DNA from: Acidobacteriota bacterium
Lineage (GTDB): Bacteria > Acidobacteriota > UBA6911 > RPQK01 > JADFOI01
Assembly (NCBI GenBank): GCA_963663035.1
Contig: OY760074.1
Coordinates: 1,088,001 to 1,152,000, forward strand
DNA length: 64,000 nt
Direction of reading: 5' to 3'
Shown: positions 9,129-17,924 of the stretch, in pieces
Layout of the letters: each line of letters begins with the position of its first letter
Numbering within the stretch: position 1 is the first letter of the stretch
Position numbers and translations under genes: made by a program
The notes under the pieces: model-generated
Seen by the model: only the letters and a program-made list of their open reading frames with translations
Databases searched by the model: none
Told to the model about the DNA's origin: nothing

Positions 9129-10767
9129 CCCGGATTATTCATAAATTCTGAAGAAGGGGTCTGATCGAGGGCACAAAAAGATGCCGTACCTCTTTGATAT
9201 AAAAGGGGTTATGAAACAACTCCAAACCAAAAAGGTACGGCCCAGCGATGCATCAGTCTGCCAGATCAACTTGCCATCTCACCCTGACAGAAAAGTGGTG
9301 GCTCGATTCGATGGAGGCCGGCTCTCCTCCGATGCCGGGCTGCTGTGTCTGTACGCCCTGGATCAACAGCACGGACTGACGGCTGGCTTTGCCTCCTGCC
9401 TGAAGGACGCTCGAGATAGCCGCTACGTCCGCCACCAGATTCGCGAACTGCTCACCCAGCGCAGCTTTCAGATCGTGGCCGGCTATGAGGACTGCAACGA
9501 TGCCGACAGCTTGCGCTCGGATCCCATCTTCAAGACCGTGTGTGATCGGCTGCCGGAAAGCGATCCGGATCTGGCTTCTCAACCCACGCTGTCGCGACTG
9601 GAGAACTCGGTGGACTCGAAGGATCTCACTCGCCTGGGACAGTGGCTGCTGGAGACCTACTTGAAGCACCGCAAGAAGAGCCGGCCCGAGAAGATCATCC
9701 TGGACATCGACAGCACGGATGACGTCACGCATGGGCAGCAGGAGTTCAGCTTTTACCACGGCTATTATCGCGAGCACATGTATCATCCGCTGTTGCTATT
9801 CGATGGCGAGACGGGCGATCTGGTATGTGCGCTACTGCGGCCCGGCAACCAGGGGGCGGCCGCCCACGCGGTGGCGGTTCTCAAACGGGTGGTGGCCCGG
9901 ATGCGCCAGGTTCTGGGATCCGATGTTCCGATCGAAGTGCGAGCCGACAGTGGCTTTGCGACGCCGGCACTGTACGAGTTCTGTGAGGAGGAAAAACTGC
10001 AGTATGTGGTGGGCTTTGCCCGCAACTCCCGGCTGGCGGCCACCGTCGAGCCCTTGGTTGAGCAGGTGCAAGCAGACTATGACGACTCAGGAGAAAAGCA
10101 ACGCCAGTTCACCGAGCTCGTCTATCAGGCCGACAGTTGGGACCGGGAGCGGCGCATGGTGGCCAAGGTGGAAGTGAGCGAGCGCGGGTTCAACCGTCGC
10201 TTTGTGGTCACCAACCGCCAGGATCTCACGGCCGGGCAGCTGTATGACCACTACATCGGACGGGGCCAGTGCGAGAACTTCGTGAAAGCTTTCAAAAAAG
10301 ATCTGGCCATGGATCGCTTGAGCTGCCACCGTTTCCTGGCCAACCAGTTCCGACTCTTCATCCACGCCCTGGCCTATGTCTTAATCCTGCGCCTGCGGGA
10401 TTACCTGTGCGGGACTCCCTGGCACAACCTGGAGATTGAGACGCTCCGCCGCCGCCTGTTCAAAATCGGTGCCCGGGTTCGGGAAACTTCTCGTCGCATC
10501 TGGGTGCACCTGGCATCGTCTTATCCCGAACAAAAGCTCTTCGCATTACTGATGCACCGTCTGTGTCCCACCTGACGGTCCCCTGACTCCCTGCGCCAAC
10601 ACAGATATACAGCCCCCTGCGGGCCGAGCTGTTTCCGGAAGGGGCTCTCGCTTCATCTCTATTCGGCTCAACAAGCTTGGACGCCTTGTAATCGCACCTG
10701 AACACACTCTCAGCCCTGAACTTCCGCAGAAAATCGACACTCACCCCAAACTTATGAATAATTGCGG
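9129..10767 (+). mobile_element. IS1380-family insertion sequence, complete (1639 bp)
   Basis: Imperfect terminal IRs CCCGGATTATTCATAA and TTATGAATAATTGCGG, flanked on both sides by CTAG (9125-9128, 10768-10771). One transposase ORF. Confidence 0.9.
9211..10575 (+). CDS. IS1380-family DDE transposase (ORF is open from 9181; ATG 9211 has SD AAGGGG)
   Basis: 'FDGGRLSSDAG', 'ASQPTLSRLEN', 'LDIDSTDDVTHGQQE', 'RADSGF', 'RGQCENFVK', 'LSCHRFLANQFRL'. Confidence 0.95.
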   Translation: MKQLQTKKVRPSDASVCQINLPSHPDRKVVARFDGGRLSSDAGLLCLYALDQQHGLTAGFASCLKDARDSRYVRHQIRELLTQRSFQIVAGYEDCNDADSLRSDPIFKTVCDRLPESDPDLASQPTLSRLENSVDSKDLTRLGQWLLETYLKHRKKSRPEKIILDIDSTDDVTHGQQEFSFYHGYYREHMYHPLLLFDGETGDLVCALLRPGNQGAAAHAVAVLKRVVARMRQVLGSDVPIEVRADSGFATPALYEFCEEEKLQYVVGFARNSRLAATVEPLVEQVQADYDDSGEKQRQFTELVYQADSWDRERRMVAKVEVSERGFNRRFVVTNRQDLTAGQLYDHYIGRGQCENFVKAFKKDLAMDRLSCHRFLANQFRLFIHALAYVLILRLRDYLCGTPWHNLEIETLRRRLFKIGARVRETSRRIWVHLASSYPEQKLFALLMHRLCPT

Positions 10768-11514
10768 CTAGGAGCCCATACGGGATAAGAGCACCAACCC
10801 GGTGAGTGCCAAAACCGACAGCACGATCTTACGAAACAGTTGCTCGTTGATCCTTTTCTGGAGTCCAAGGGTCAGAAAAACCATGGGGCCCGCCAGAGCC
10901 GCAGCGGCAAAGGCCAGAAGGAAGAGACGGGGCGTATAGATTCCGACCCAGATCAGCGAACCCACTTGAATAGTGTCCACCATCACAAAAAAGATGTTAA
11001 TCAAAAAGAGAAAGGCTGCCCTGGGCAGCTGCAGCTGGTAAAAGAAGACGGTAACCACGGGAGCCGAGGTTCCCGTTGCTCCCTGCAGAGTGCCGGCCAA
11101 CAAGCCGACCACGGCCCCCCATCGGGTGGCAAAGCGATCACTCAGACGGGGCAGGAGATGAAACCAGGAAATGACCACAAAGAGCAGTACACCCAATCCC
11201 AGCCCCGCTTTTAACAGCCCCTGGTCGACACGAATAAGAATTTGAGTGCCGATGAGGACGCCGGCCATTCCTGCCACAATCATGGGAATAAAGCGGAGTG
11301 CCTGACGCCACTCGCTGCGGTAGGAATAGAGAATGGGCATGTCCGAGAGTGCGGTGGGGAGAATTGCCACGGCAATAGCAGTGGGAAGATCGTAAAGCAC
11401 CGCGAGGATGGGTGTGGCCACCACGGGCAGACCAATGCCACTAATGCCCTTGGTGGCCCCCGCCAGCAGAATAGCAAGTGCCCCAATTAGCAATCTGAAA
11501 TCGATTTGATCCAT
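10768..11514 (-). CDS. Sulfite exporter TauE/SafE family membrane protein
   Basis: Multi-TM protein with 'AGATKGISGIG' and 'GLLAGTLQGATGTSAP'. Its stop codon lies in the IS1380 target CTAG. Confidence 0.85.
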   Translation of the reverse strand: MDQIDFRLLIGALAILLAGATKGISGIGLPVVATPILAVLYDLPTAIAVAILPTALSDMPILYSYRSEWRQALRFIPMIVAGMAGVLIGTQILIRVDQGLLKAGLGLGVLLFVVISWFHLLPRLSDRFATRWGAVVGLLAGTLQGATGTSAPVVTVFFYQLQLPRAAFLFLINIFFVMVDTIQVGSLIWVGIYTPRLFLLAFAAAALAGPMVFLTLGLQKRINEQLFRKIVLSVLALTGLVLLSRMGS

Positions 11515-11535
11515 CGGCAGCAGGCGGCTAAAGCC

Positions 11536-13191
11536 TCACTGACAGGTAAAATTACCCTCCACCCAGTTGGCGGGATCGTTCTCCCCACCGGCAGGGCCGG
11601 TGTAGACAGCCAGTTCCGGGTAAGCGCAAAGGCGCCGCTCGTTATCGACGACCTCATCAGTGCTGTGGGTGGCGACCACGTACTCAGGGGCATTGCCATT
11701 CTCCACCCAATCCACCAGCGGTGCTAACTTATCCCACTCGTTGGGGCCCACTCCACCCCGGCAGTGCCCCATCCCCGGGGCCATAAACAGCCTGGTGTGG
11801 TCCCTGGCCGCCTCGATATCTCCCTCGAAAGTGGTCGTGACGACGTCCTTATAGTAATCAACAGTGGGCTCAGCGTGGCAGCCGGGATCGCTCCAACCGT
11901 GGTAGAGGATCAGCTTGCCGTTGTTTTTCAGAAGAAATCGCTCTAAATCCGGGTCGGTGGCGTCGGTGATGGATTTCATCAGATCGCCCAGACCTGCTGT
12001 GTAGTCGTCAATATTGAATTCCCACCAGGACCACTCGGGCGGCATCCTGGACTTATCCGGAGTCTGGGAGAGATCAGTGGGGTCCGGCATGGAGACACCC
12101 GGGTCGTTTTCATAAAAGAGGTAATTGATGTGAGTACCGGCATAGCCCAGGTGGTCAGGCAACCTTTCGTTGCCCGCATGGGGAATGACGTTAGCCGGCC
12201 ACCCGAACTCCGAACCCAAAGCTAAGCCCTTTAAAACGGAAACCCCATTGGAGTCGTAGGCACCGGAATAGATATCCTTGATGGTCTGTAGCTGCACGGT
12301 GGTGAAACAGTCGTCGGCGTTCACATTACCGGCGCACATCATGGCAGCCAGATCCGCCTCCGGGTCAAATTCGCAGCTGAGTGGATTATCAATGACGCCG
12401 TCAGTGATCCCGTCATTGGCATCGCATTTGTCCAGCACTGCTTCCTGCAGCATCTCCAGCTTATTGAGGCTGTCAAAGGAGCCATCACCGTTGGTGTCAA
12501 AAGCCAGGTTGCCCTCAAAGTCATTTTGAAACACCTTCTGCAGCATCCAGGCATGGCTGACATTCAAGGCCTGGTAATGATTCACCGGAGCTCCGGCCAC
12601 GATCCCGTCAAAATCATAGGGGAATCGTTGCGCTTCTGTCAGGCCCTGCATTCCACCCGTTGAGCAGCCCTCGAAGTAGGAATATTCAGGAGCCTCATCG
12701 TAATAAGCCTCAATGAGGGTCTGGGAGGCGTTGGCGGTGAGATGAACCGCCCGCCAGCCGAAATCAATTTCCGCTTGCCGGTTGTTGAAGCCAAAGGAAG
12801 CTGCTGGTTCTGATCCGTTGTCGTGACCCGTATTGCTGTTGGCTACCGCATAACCTTCGGCAACCCGGTGATCGGCGAAATCCAGGTCTCCGTCTTTTCC
12901 GCCATCTCCCCATTGTAAGAACCGGCTATTCCAGTTCTCCGGCATGGGAAGCTGGACGTGAAAGAGAATGGCAGGCGAGATGCTCCCTTTGACATAGCAG
13001 TATTGCGGTGTCGACTCGGTAGCAGGGACCAAGGCAGCCGAGGTAATGTTCAAATTACGTATCTCGGTGAGTGCCAGGCAAGCCAATTCGTCTTCCGAGA
13101 AGGCCTGATCTCCCATCAGACCACTGCAACCAACCAGAACCCAGGCAACGGCTACTAACAAAAGCGATGTGACGTACCCGCTCCATCTCAT
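11536..13191 (-). CDS. Tannase/feruloyl esterase family alpha/beta hydrolase, probable lipoprotein
   Basis: 'YFEGCSTGG', 'DFDGIVAGAP', 'GKLILYHGWSD', 'PGMGHCRGG', 'RLCAYP', and lipobox LVGC. Confidence 0.93.
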   Translation of the reverse strand: MRWSGYVTSLLLVAVAWVLVGCSGLMGDQAFSEDELACLALTEIRNLNITSAALVPATESTPQYCYVKGSISPAILFHVQLPMPENWNSRFLQWGDGGKDGDLDFADHRVAEGYAVANSNTGHDNGSEPAASFGFNNRQAEIDFGWRAVHLTANASQTLIEAYYDEAPEYSYFEGCSTGGMQGLTEAQRFPYDFDGIVAGAPVNHYQALNVSHAWMLQKVFQNDFEGNLAFDTNGDGSFDSLNKLEMLQEAVLDKCDANDGITDGVIDNPLSCEFDPEADLAAMMCAGNVNADDCFTTVQLQTIKDIYSGAYDSNGVSVLKGLALGSEFGWPANVIPHAGNERLPDHLGYAGTHINYLFYENDPGVSMPDPTDLSQTPDKSRMPPEWSWWEFNIDDYTAGLGDLMKSITDATDPDLERFLLKNNGKLILYHGWSDPGCHAEPTVDYYKDVVTTTFEGDIEAARDHTRLFMAPGMGHCRGGVGPNEWDKLAPLVDWVENGNAPEYVVATHSTDEVVDNERRLCAYPELAVYTGPAGGENDPANWVEGNFTCQ

Positions 13192-13237
13192 GATAATCCC
13201 CCTTCGAAACGTTTAGAAATGCTGTTGTAGATGCTAG

Positions 13238-13267
13238 ATGATAGAGACGAGTTCAGGAAATTGTCAA
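13238..13267 (-). promoter_or_regulatory. Sigma-70-type promoter of the tannase gene
   Basis: TTGACA-18-TATCAT, conserved as TTGACA-18-TATTAT in the duplicate at 62933-62962. Confidence 0.6.
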
Positions 13268-13349
13268 CAGAAACTCCTGGCGGTGGCGGGAGGCGACACG
13301 GGAAGGGATCGTTCATCCGTGCTGTGCCAGCTTATCCTGTTGCCTTTGA

Positions 13350-15602
13350 GTGCCTGAGCGCTTAACATGGCACCTAATGATCGACTTACTGTCTGGCGGG
13401 ATAGCACGGTCGGTTAAACCATACTCCATCACCCAATCCGGGAGACACCTCGGTCTCCTGCTTCTGGCCACAGTGTGCTGTTCCTTTGTTGGGGCCAGAG
13501 CCGCCACACAAAACGTCGAGCCTCAAACTGACAGGACAGCGACAGCCCTGCGCATCGACTCAGAGATCAGAATTGATGGCGAACTGGATGAGGCGGCCTG
13601 GAGTCGAGTCGAGCCTGCCACCGGTTTCATCCAACAAGAGCCACAGACGGGAGCGCCCAGCACCGAACGCACTGAAGTGCGATTTCTCTATGATGACGAA
13701 AATCTTTACGTGGGAATCAAGTGTTTTGATTCAGACGGAGAGAAGGGAATCGTGGTCACCAATGTGCGCCGGGATTTCAGCCCATTTGAAGGGGATTACT
13801 TTGGGCTGCTTCTGGATACTTTTGACAATGATCGCGACGCCTTTGTGTTTGGAGTCAATCCCAGAGCTGCCAAGAGAGACGGGCAAATGGCTGGAAATGG
13901 CGAAAGCTCCAACTTTGACTGGGACGGCATTTGGTCTGTGAGGAGCAAAATCACCGAAGAGGGTTGGCAGGCAGAAATGGCAATCCCTTTCAAGACCCTG
14001 CGCTTCCGAGAAAGCGAGCGTCAGGTGTGGGGGCTGAATCTCACGCGAAAGATTCGCCGTAAGAACGAGGACGCTCACTGGGCACCCATTCCCCGGCCCT
14101 TCCGAATCAACCGGATCTCATTGGGCGGTGCTTTGGAAGGCCTCAGCAGCATTCGTCAGGGCCGCAATCTCTATGTCAAACCTTACATCTCCATGCCGGT
14201 GCTGCGCCGGGAGCAGGACGACGTCGATCTTGTTCCGGAGGCCGGCCTGGATCTCAAGTATGGGGTAACCTCGGGTGTCACCCTCGACCTGACTGTGAAC
14301 ACGGACTTTGCACAGGTGGAAGCGGATCAGCAACAGATCAATTTGACTCGATTCAGCCTCTTTTTTCCCGAGAAGCGTGAATTTTTCCTGGAAAATCGCG
14401 CCATTTTCGAATTCGGAAAGTCGATCAGGGAATGGGGTGCGAGCGGGCGTGATGTCATTGCTTTCTTCAGTCGCCGGATTGGAATTGAAGGGGGGCAGTT
14501 GGTTCCTATCCTGGCCGGCGCCCGCCTCAGCGGGACCATAGGAAAGTATCGCGTGGGGTTCATCTCCATGCAGACAGATCACTTTCAAGCCACTCCTTCA
14601 ACCAACTTCTCAGTCACTCGTGTCCGTCGCGACATTTTTGGAACTTCAAACATCGGCGGGTTGCTGGTCAATAAGCAAGTTGGAGCCGGACCCATGAACC
14701 GCACCTTCGGTGTGGATACCAATATGAAGTTTGATGCTCTCAATATCTCTTCCTATCTCCTGAAAACCGAGACCTCAGGGGAAGACGGACAGGATATGGC
14801 TGGTGACTTCAGTGCGTCATGGAGGGATCGGCTTTTTGACGCTCGTGCTGAATTTACCTCTGTCCAGGAAAAGTTTAACCCTGAAGTGGGGTTCGTACCC
14901 CGCGTGGGGATTCGAAAAAGCAGAGGCAGCTTGACTTATAAACCCAGACCCGGGGAGCGGATCCCCTGGATTCGCGAAATTCGGCCTTCCCTTCAGATCA
15001 ACTACATCACCGACCAGGACAATGTGCTCGAGACTCGAGTGTTACAGGGGGGTCTCAATATTGATTTTCAGAACAGCTCAGTTTTCAGCGTGAGTGCTGA
15101 AGACAATTTCGAACGATTGGACCAGGAGTTTCCCATCCGCAGCGGTCAAGCTATTGATATAGGAGATTATCAATTTCACGAGTACTCCTTCTCCTATACC
15201 AGCGACCGGAGTCGATTCTTTAGCGGTAACGCACGCGCGTCTACGGGTGGTTTCTGGGACGGCGACAGGGATTCCTACAGCTTGGGACTGCGTGTCCAGC
15301 CAGCCTATCAAGTCAGAGCCGATGTGTCCTGGACTCACAATGACATTGACTTGCCTTCCGGCGACTTTACCACCGATCTGGTGAATACTCGGCTGAGCTA
15401 TTCCTTTAATACAGATCTGTTTCTCAACGCTCTGATCCAGTACAACAGTACCCGTAAAGAAATCTCCAGCAACATCCGCTTCAATTTCATTTACAAGCCT
15501 TTGAGTGATATCTTCCTGGTTTACAACGAGAGGCGAGCTACCACTGGAGAAGTCATAGAGAGGGCCCTCATTACCAAGATCACCTATATCTTCAGCTTTT
15601 AG
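13350..15602 (+). CDS. CBM9-like / DUF5916 outer-membrane protein (start uncertain)
   Basis: 'IDGELDEAAW', 'TVNTDFAQVEADQQQINLTRFSLFFPEKREFFLE', C-terminal Phe. Confidence 0.87.
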   Translation: MPERLTWHLMIDLLSGGIARSVKPYSITQSGRHLGLLLLATVCCSFVGARAATQNVEPQTDRTATALRIDSEIRIDGELDEAAWSRVEPATGFIQQEPQTGAPSTERTEVRFLYDDENLYVGIKCFDSDGEKGIVVTNVRRDFSPFEGDYFGLLLDTFDNDRDAFVFGVNPRAAKRDGQMAGNGESSNFDWDGIWSVRSKITEEGWQAEMAIPFKTLRFRESERQVWGLNLTRKIRRKNEDAHWAPIPRPFRINRISLGGALEGLSSIRQGRNLYVKPYISMPVLRREQDDVDLVPEAGLDLKYGVTSGVTLDLTVNTDFAQVEADQQQINLTRFSLFFPEKREFFLENRAIFEFGKSIREWGASGRDVIAFFSRRIGIEGGQLVPILAGARLSGTIGKYRVGFISMQTDHFQATPSTNFSVTRVRRDIFGTSNIGGLLVNKQVGAGPMNRTFGVDTNMKFDALNISSYLLKTETSGEDGQDMAGDFSASWRDRLFDARAEFTSVQEKFNPEVGFVPRVGIRKSRGSLTYKPRPGERIPWIREIRPSLQINYITDQDNVLETRVLQGGLNIDFQNSSVFSVSAEDNFERLDQEFPIRSGQAIDIGDYQFHEYSFSYTSDRSRFFSGNARASTGGFWDGDRDSYSLGLRVQPAYQVRADVSWTHNDIDLPSGDFTTDLVNTRLSYSFNTDLFLNALIQYNSTRKEISSNIRFNFIYKPLSDIFLVYNERRATTGEVIERALITKITYIFSF

Positions 15603-15612
15603 GAGGGAAATT

Positions 15613-16653
15613 ATGCATAGGTTTTCTACTGCACTAGCTGTGATCATCTTCGTCGGGGTCACCGTCGACCCGGCTCTAGGCCAGGAAAAACAGCTGATTA
15701 AGGTTGTGGCTATGGGGGGGACAATCTCGCACACCGTAGATGGTCGTCCCGCCTTCGAACAGGTCATCTCAGACATCCGCGAAAACTATCCTGAGACCAC
15801 AGAGCTGCTGGATAGTGTGCATATCGAGGTCGTGAACGTCCACAGTGTGGCGAGTAGTTCTATGTCCGGTGACCAGATCCTGGAAATCGTACGGGTAGTC
15901 AATAAGACGATCCAAGAGCCCGAGGTGAGGGGCGTCATTGTCACTCATGGTACGGTTGTTTCAGAGGAGACGGCTTATTTTCTCCACCTGCTGGTCAAAA
16001 GCAACAAACCCATCGTTCTCACCAACTCCCAGCGTCGACACGGTACGGTTGGTAACGATGGTGACAAGAACTTTCTCGATTCCATAAGAACCGTGCTTTC
16101 GCCGGAGTCGGCCGGCAAAGGGGTACTGGTTGTCCACAATGAGACCATTAATTCTGCACGCGAGGTCATCAAAACAAGCGGTCGTCCCGGTGCCTTTCGA
16201 TCCGGAGAATTTGGGATCCTTGGGTTAGCGGGCAGAGGAGTGGCGTTCTATCGTGGGCCGACTCGCCGGCACACCATCAATTCCGAGTTCGACATTGATT
16301 CCATCACAACACTTCCCAAAGTAGAGGTGATATCGGCCTACTACGACGCGGATCCTGCACTGATCCAGGCGGCAGTCGATGCAGGAGTCAAAGGGATCGT
16401 GTTGAGTGGCTTTACCAGTGCCGGTATCCCCTTTAGAAGCCAGGTTCCCCTATTAGAGTCGCTAGCGGATAAGGGCCTGCCTATCGTATTGACGGCGCGT
16501 GGGGGTATGAATGCGCGGATCGGGCCACGCTCAAACGATAACTTTATCGGTGGCGACACTCTGGTGGCCTACAAGGCGAGACTTCTGTTGCAGCTGGCCC
16601 TGACCAAGACCTCTGATTTGAAGGAGATCCAACGGATCTTCAACGAATATTAA
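15613..16653 (+). CDS. Exported asparaginase/glutaminase-fold amidase with a non-canonical motif
   Basis: 'MGGTI', 'VTHGTVVSEETAYFL', 'KPIVLTNSQR', 'AREVIKT', 'LPKVEVI', 'KARLLLQLAL'. Signal peptide. Confidence 0.88.
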   Translation: MHRFSTALAVIIFVGVTVDPALGQEKQLIKVVAMGGTISHTVDGRPAFEQVISDIRENYPETTELLDSVHIEVVNVHSVASSSMSGDQILEIVRVVNKTIQEPEVRGVIVTHGTVVSEETAYFLHLLVKSNKPIVLTNSQRRHGTVGNDGDKNFLDSIRTVLSPESAGKGVLVVHNETINSAREVIKTSGRPGAFRSGEFGILGLAGRGVAFYRGPTRRHTINSEFDIDSITTLPKVEVISAYYDADPALIQAAVDAGVKGIVLSGFTSAGIPFRSQVPLLESLADKGLPIVLTARGGMNARIGPRSNDNFIGGDTLVAYKARLLLQLALTKTSDLKEIQRIFNEY

Positions 16654-16666
16654 CGGGCTTCTTCTT

Positions 16667-17191
16667 TCATTCGGGGAGATATTTCTCCGGCAGCCAATAT
16701 TCCTTGGAAGACGTCCCCCCCATGAATGGTGTGAAGAATACGGTCACGGGTTCGAAAAAATCTATCTCTCCCTCGAAGCTTAAAAGGAACTCTATCTCAA
16801 TGCCCGGAAATGATCTGGGCCCTTCCAGCATTGTTGCCAGGTCAAAATAGAATTCTTTGCCCTCATGGAGCATGGAAGTACGTGAGGCGGTGTCGACTAG
16901 ATCCATGGAATGTGGACCGCCTATCCAGAAGAAGTGTCTGTCGGGATGCTCTTTCACCAGCCTGACAACAAACTTATTGTAATACTCTTCTCCCAGGAAG
17001 CAGACGCCCAGCTGGGAGGGATTGAGATAGCTCACGAACATGGTTGCCCTCCTGGCGGTATTGACCTCAATGACACTCTCCTCGGCTAGAAGCTCCTCCC
17101 AAGTGGGGCACTCAGCGTAGGCAAAACTGAGCGCAGCGCCAAAGGTCAGGGCAAAGGATAGGAGAAATGAAGTAATTTTCATCATGGTCAC
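16667..17191 (-). CDS. Hypothetical exported protein
   Basis: 174-aa ORF with a signal peptide (…FAYA), co-oriented directly after the FMN-binding gene. Confidence 0.65.
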   Translation of the reverse strand: MTMMKITSFLLSFALTFGAALSFAYAECPTWEELLAEESVIEVNTARRATMFVSYLNPSQLGVCFLGEEYYNKFVVRLVKEHPDRHFFWIGGPHSMDLVDTASRTSMLHEGKEFYFDLATMLEGPRSFPGIEIEFLLSFEGEIDFFEPVTVFFTPFMGGTSSKEYWLPEKYLPE

Positions 17192-17215
17192 ACCACTTTG
17201 GCTAAAACCGATTGA

Positions 17216-17806
17216 CTATTCACTATTCGCTTCTTCTTGTTCTTCCAAGAACTGTTTTACTATCTGGCGGGCTCCTTTTCTGATAGATCTTGTGGCGCTG
17301 CCGATCGACATTGTGGCTCGAGTGACAGCATCGATGTCTCTTCCCATTCTGAAGCGATCGCGTAAGCTTTTGCCCTTAAATTGCTCAGGAAACCTTTCGC
17401 GATCAATTGAAAAGTAACCGTACGGCTCGCGGTGGGCGACAACTTTTATCTGAGTGATCACACCTTGCAAGTTTATACCAACAGCAATGTTTATGGGTCC
17501 TTCGTAGCCCCGCTCTCGCGGTGAAGCATCTACGGTGAAAAAAACAAGACCCACCACCGTCCTGCGGTTGCTTTGTGGGTCAGTCTTGTAGGCCTTATAG
17601 TAGGGAGGATCTCCATCCTTTGCTGAGAAGGCATCCGCCTCGGGGAAAACATCTCTGATGTGACCTTCCTCCGCCTTTGAGGTTAAGGGGATAAACTGGC
17701 TGACAGGAGAGGAAGCAGCTGAGATGGATGGTTGAAGCTCGGTCTGAAAAACAAGGAGAAAAAGCCCCAAAAGAATAGGCAGAACTCTCTTTTTCTTTGA
17801 AGTCAT
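17216..17806 (-). CDS. Extracytoplasmic FMN-binding domain protein (NosR/RnfG-type FMN_bind)
   Basis: 'RGYEGPINIAVGINLQGVITQIKVVAHREP', 'FPEQFKGKS', 'IDAVTRATMS'. Signal/TM segment. Confidence 0.82.
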   Translation of the reverse strand: MTSKKKRVLPILLGLFLLVFQTELQPSISAASSPVSQFIPLTSKAEEGHIRDVFPEADAFSAKDGDPPYYKAYKTDPQSNRRTVVGLVFFTVDASPRERGYEGPINIAVGINLQGVITQIKVVAHREPYGYFSIDRERFPEQFKGKSLRDRFRMGRDIDAVTRATMSIGSATRSIRKGARQIVKQFLEEQEEANSE

Positions 17807-17924
17807 GGTCTATATTTTGAGGGATATCGAGTCAAGAGATGTCAAATCGAAAGCCATCATGCTAGTATTAAAGAAAAATTATACTCTTGTATGCTTAATA
17901 TAGCCGATATATTATAAGTTCACC

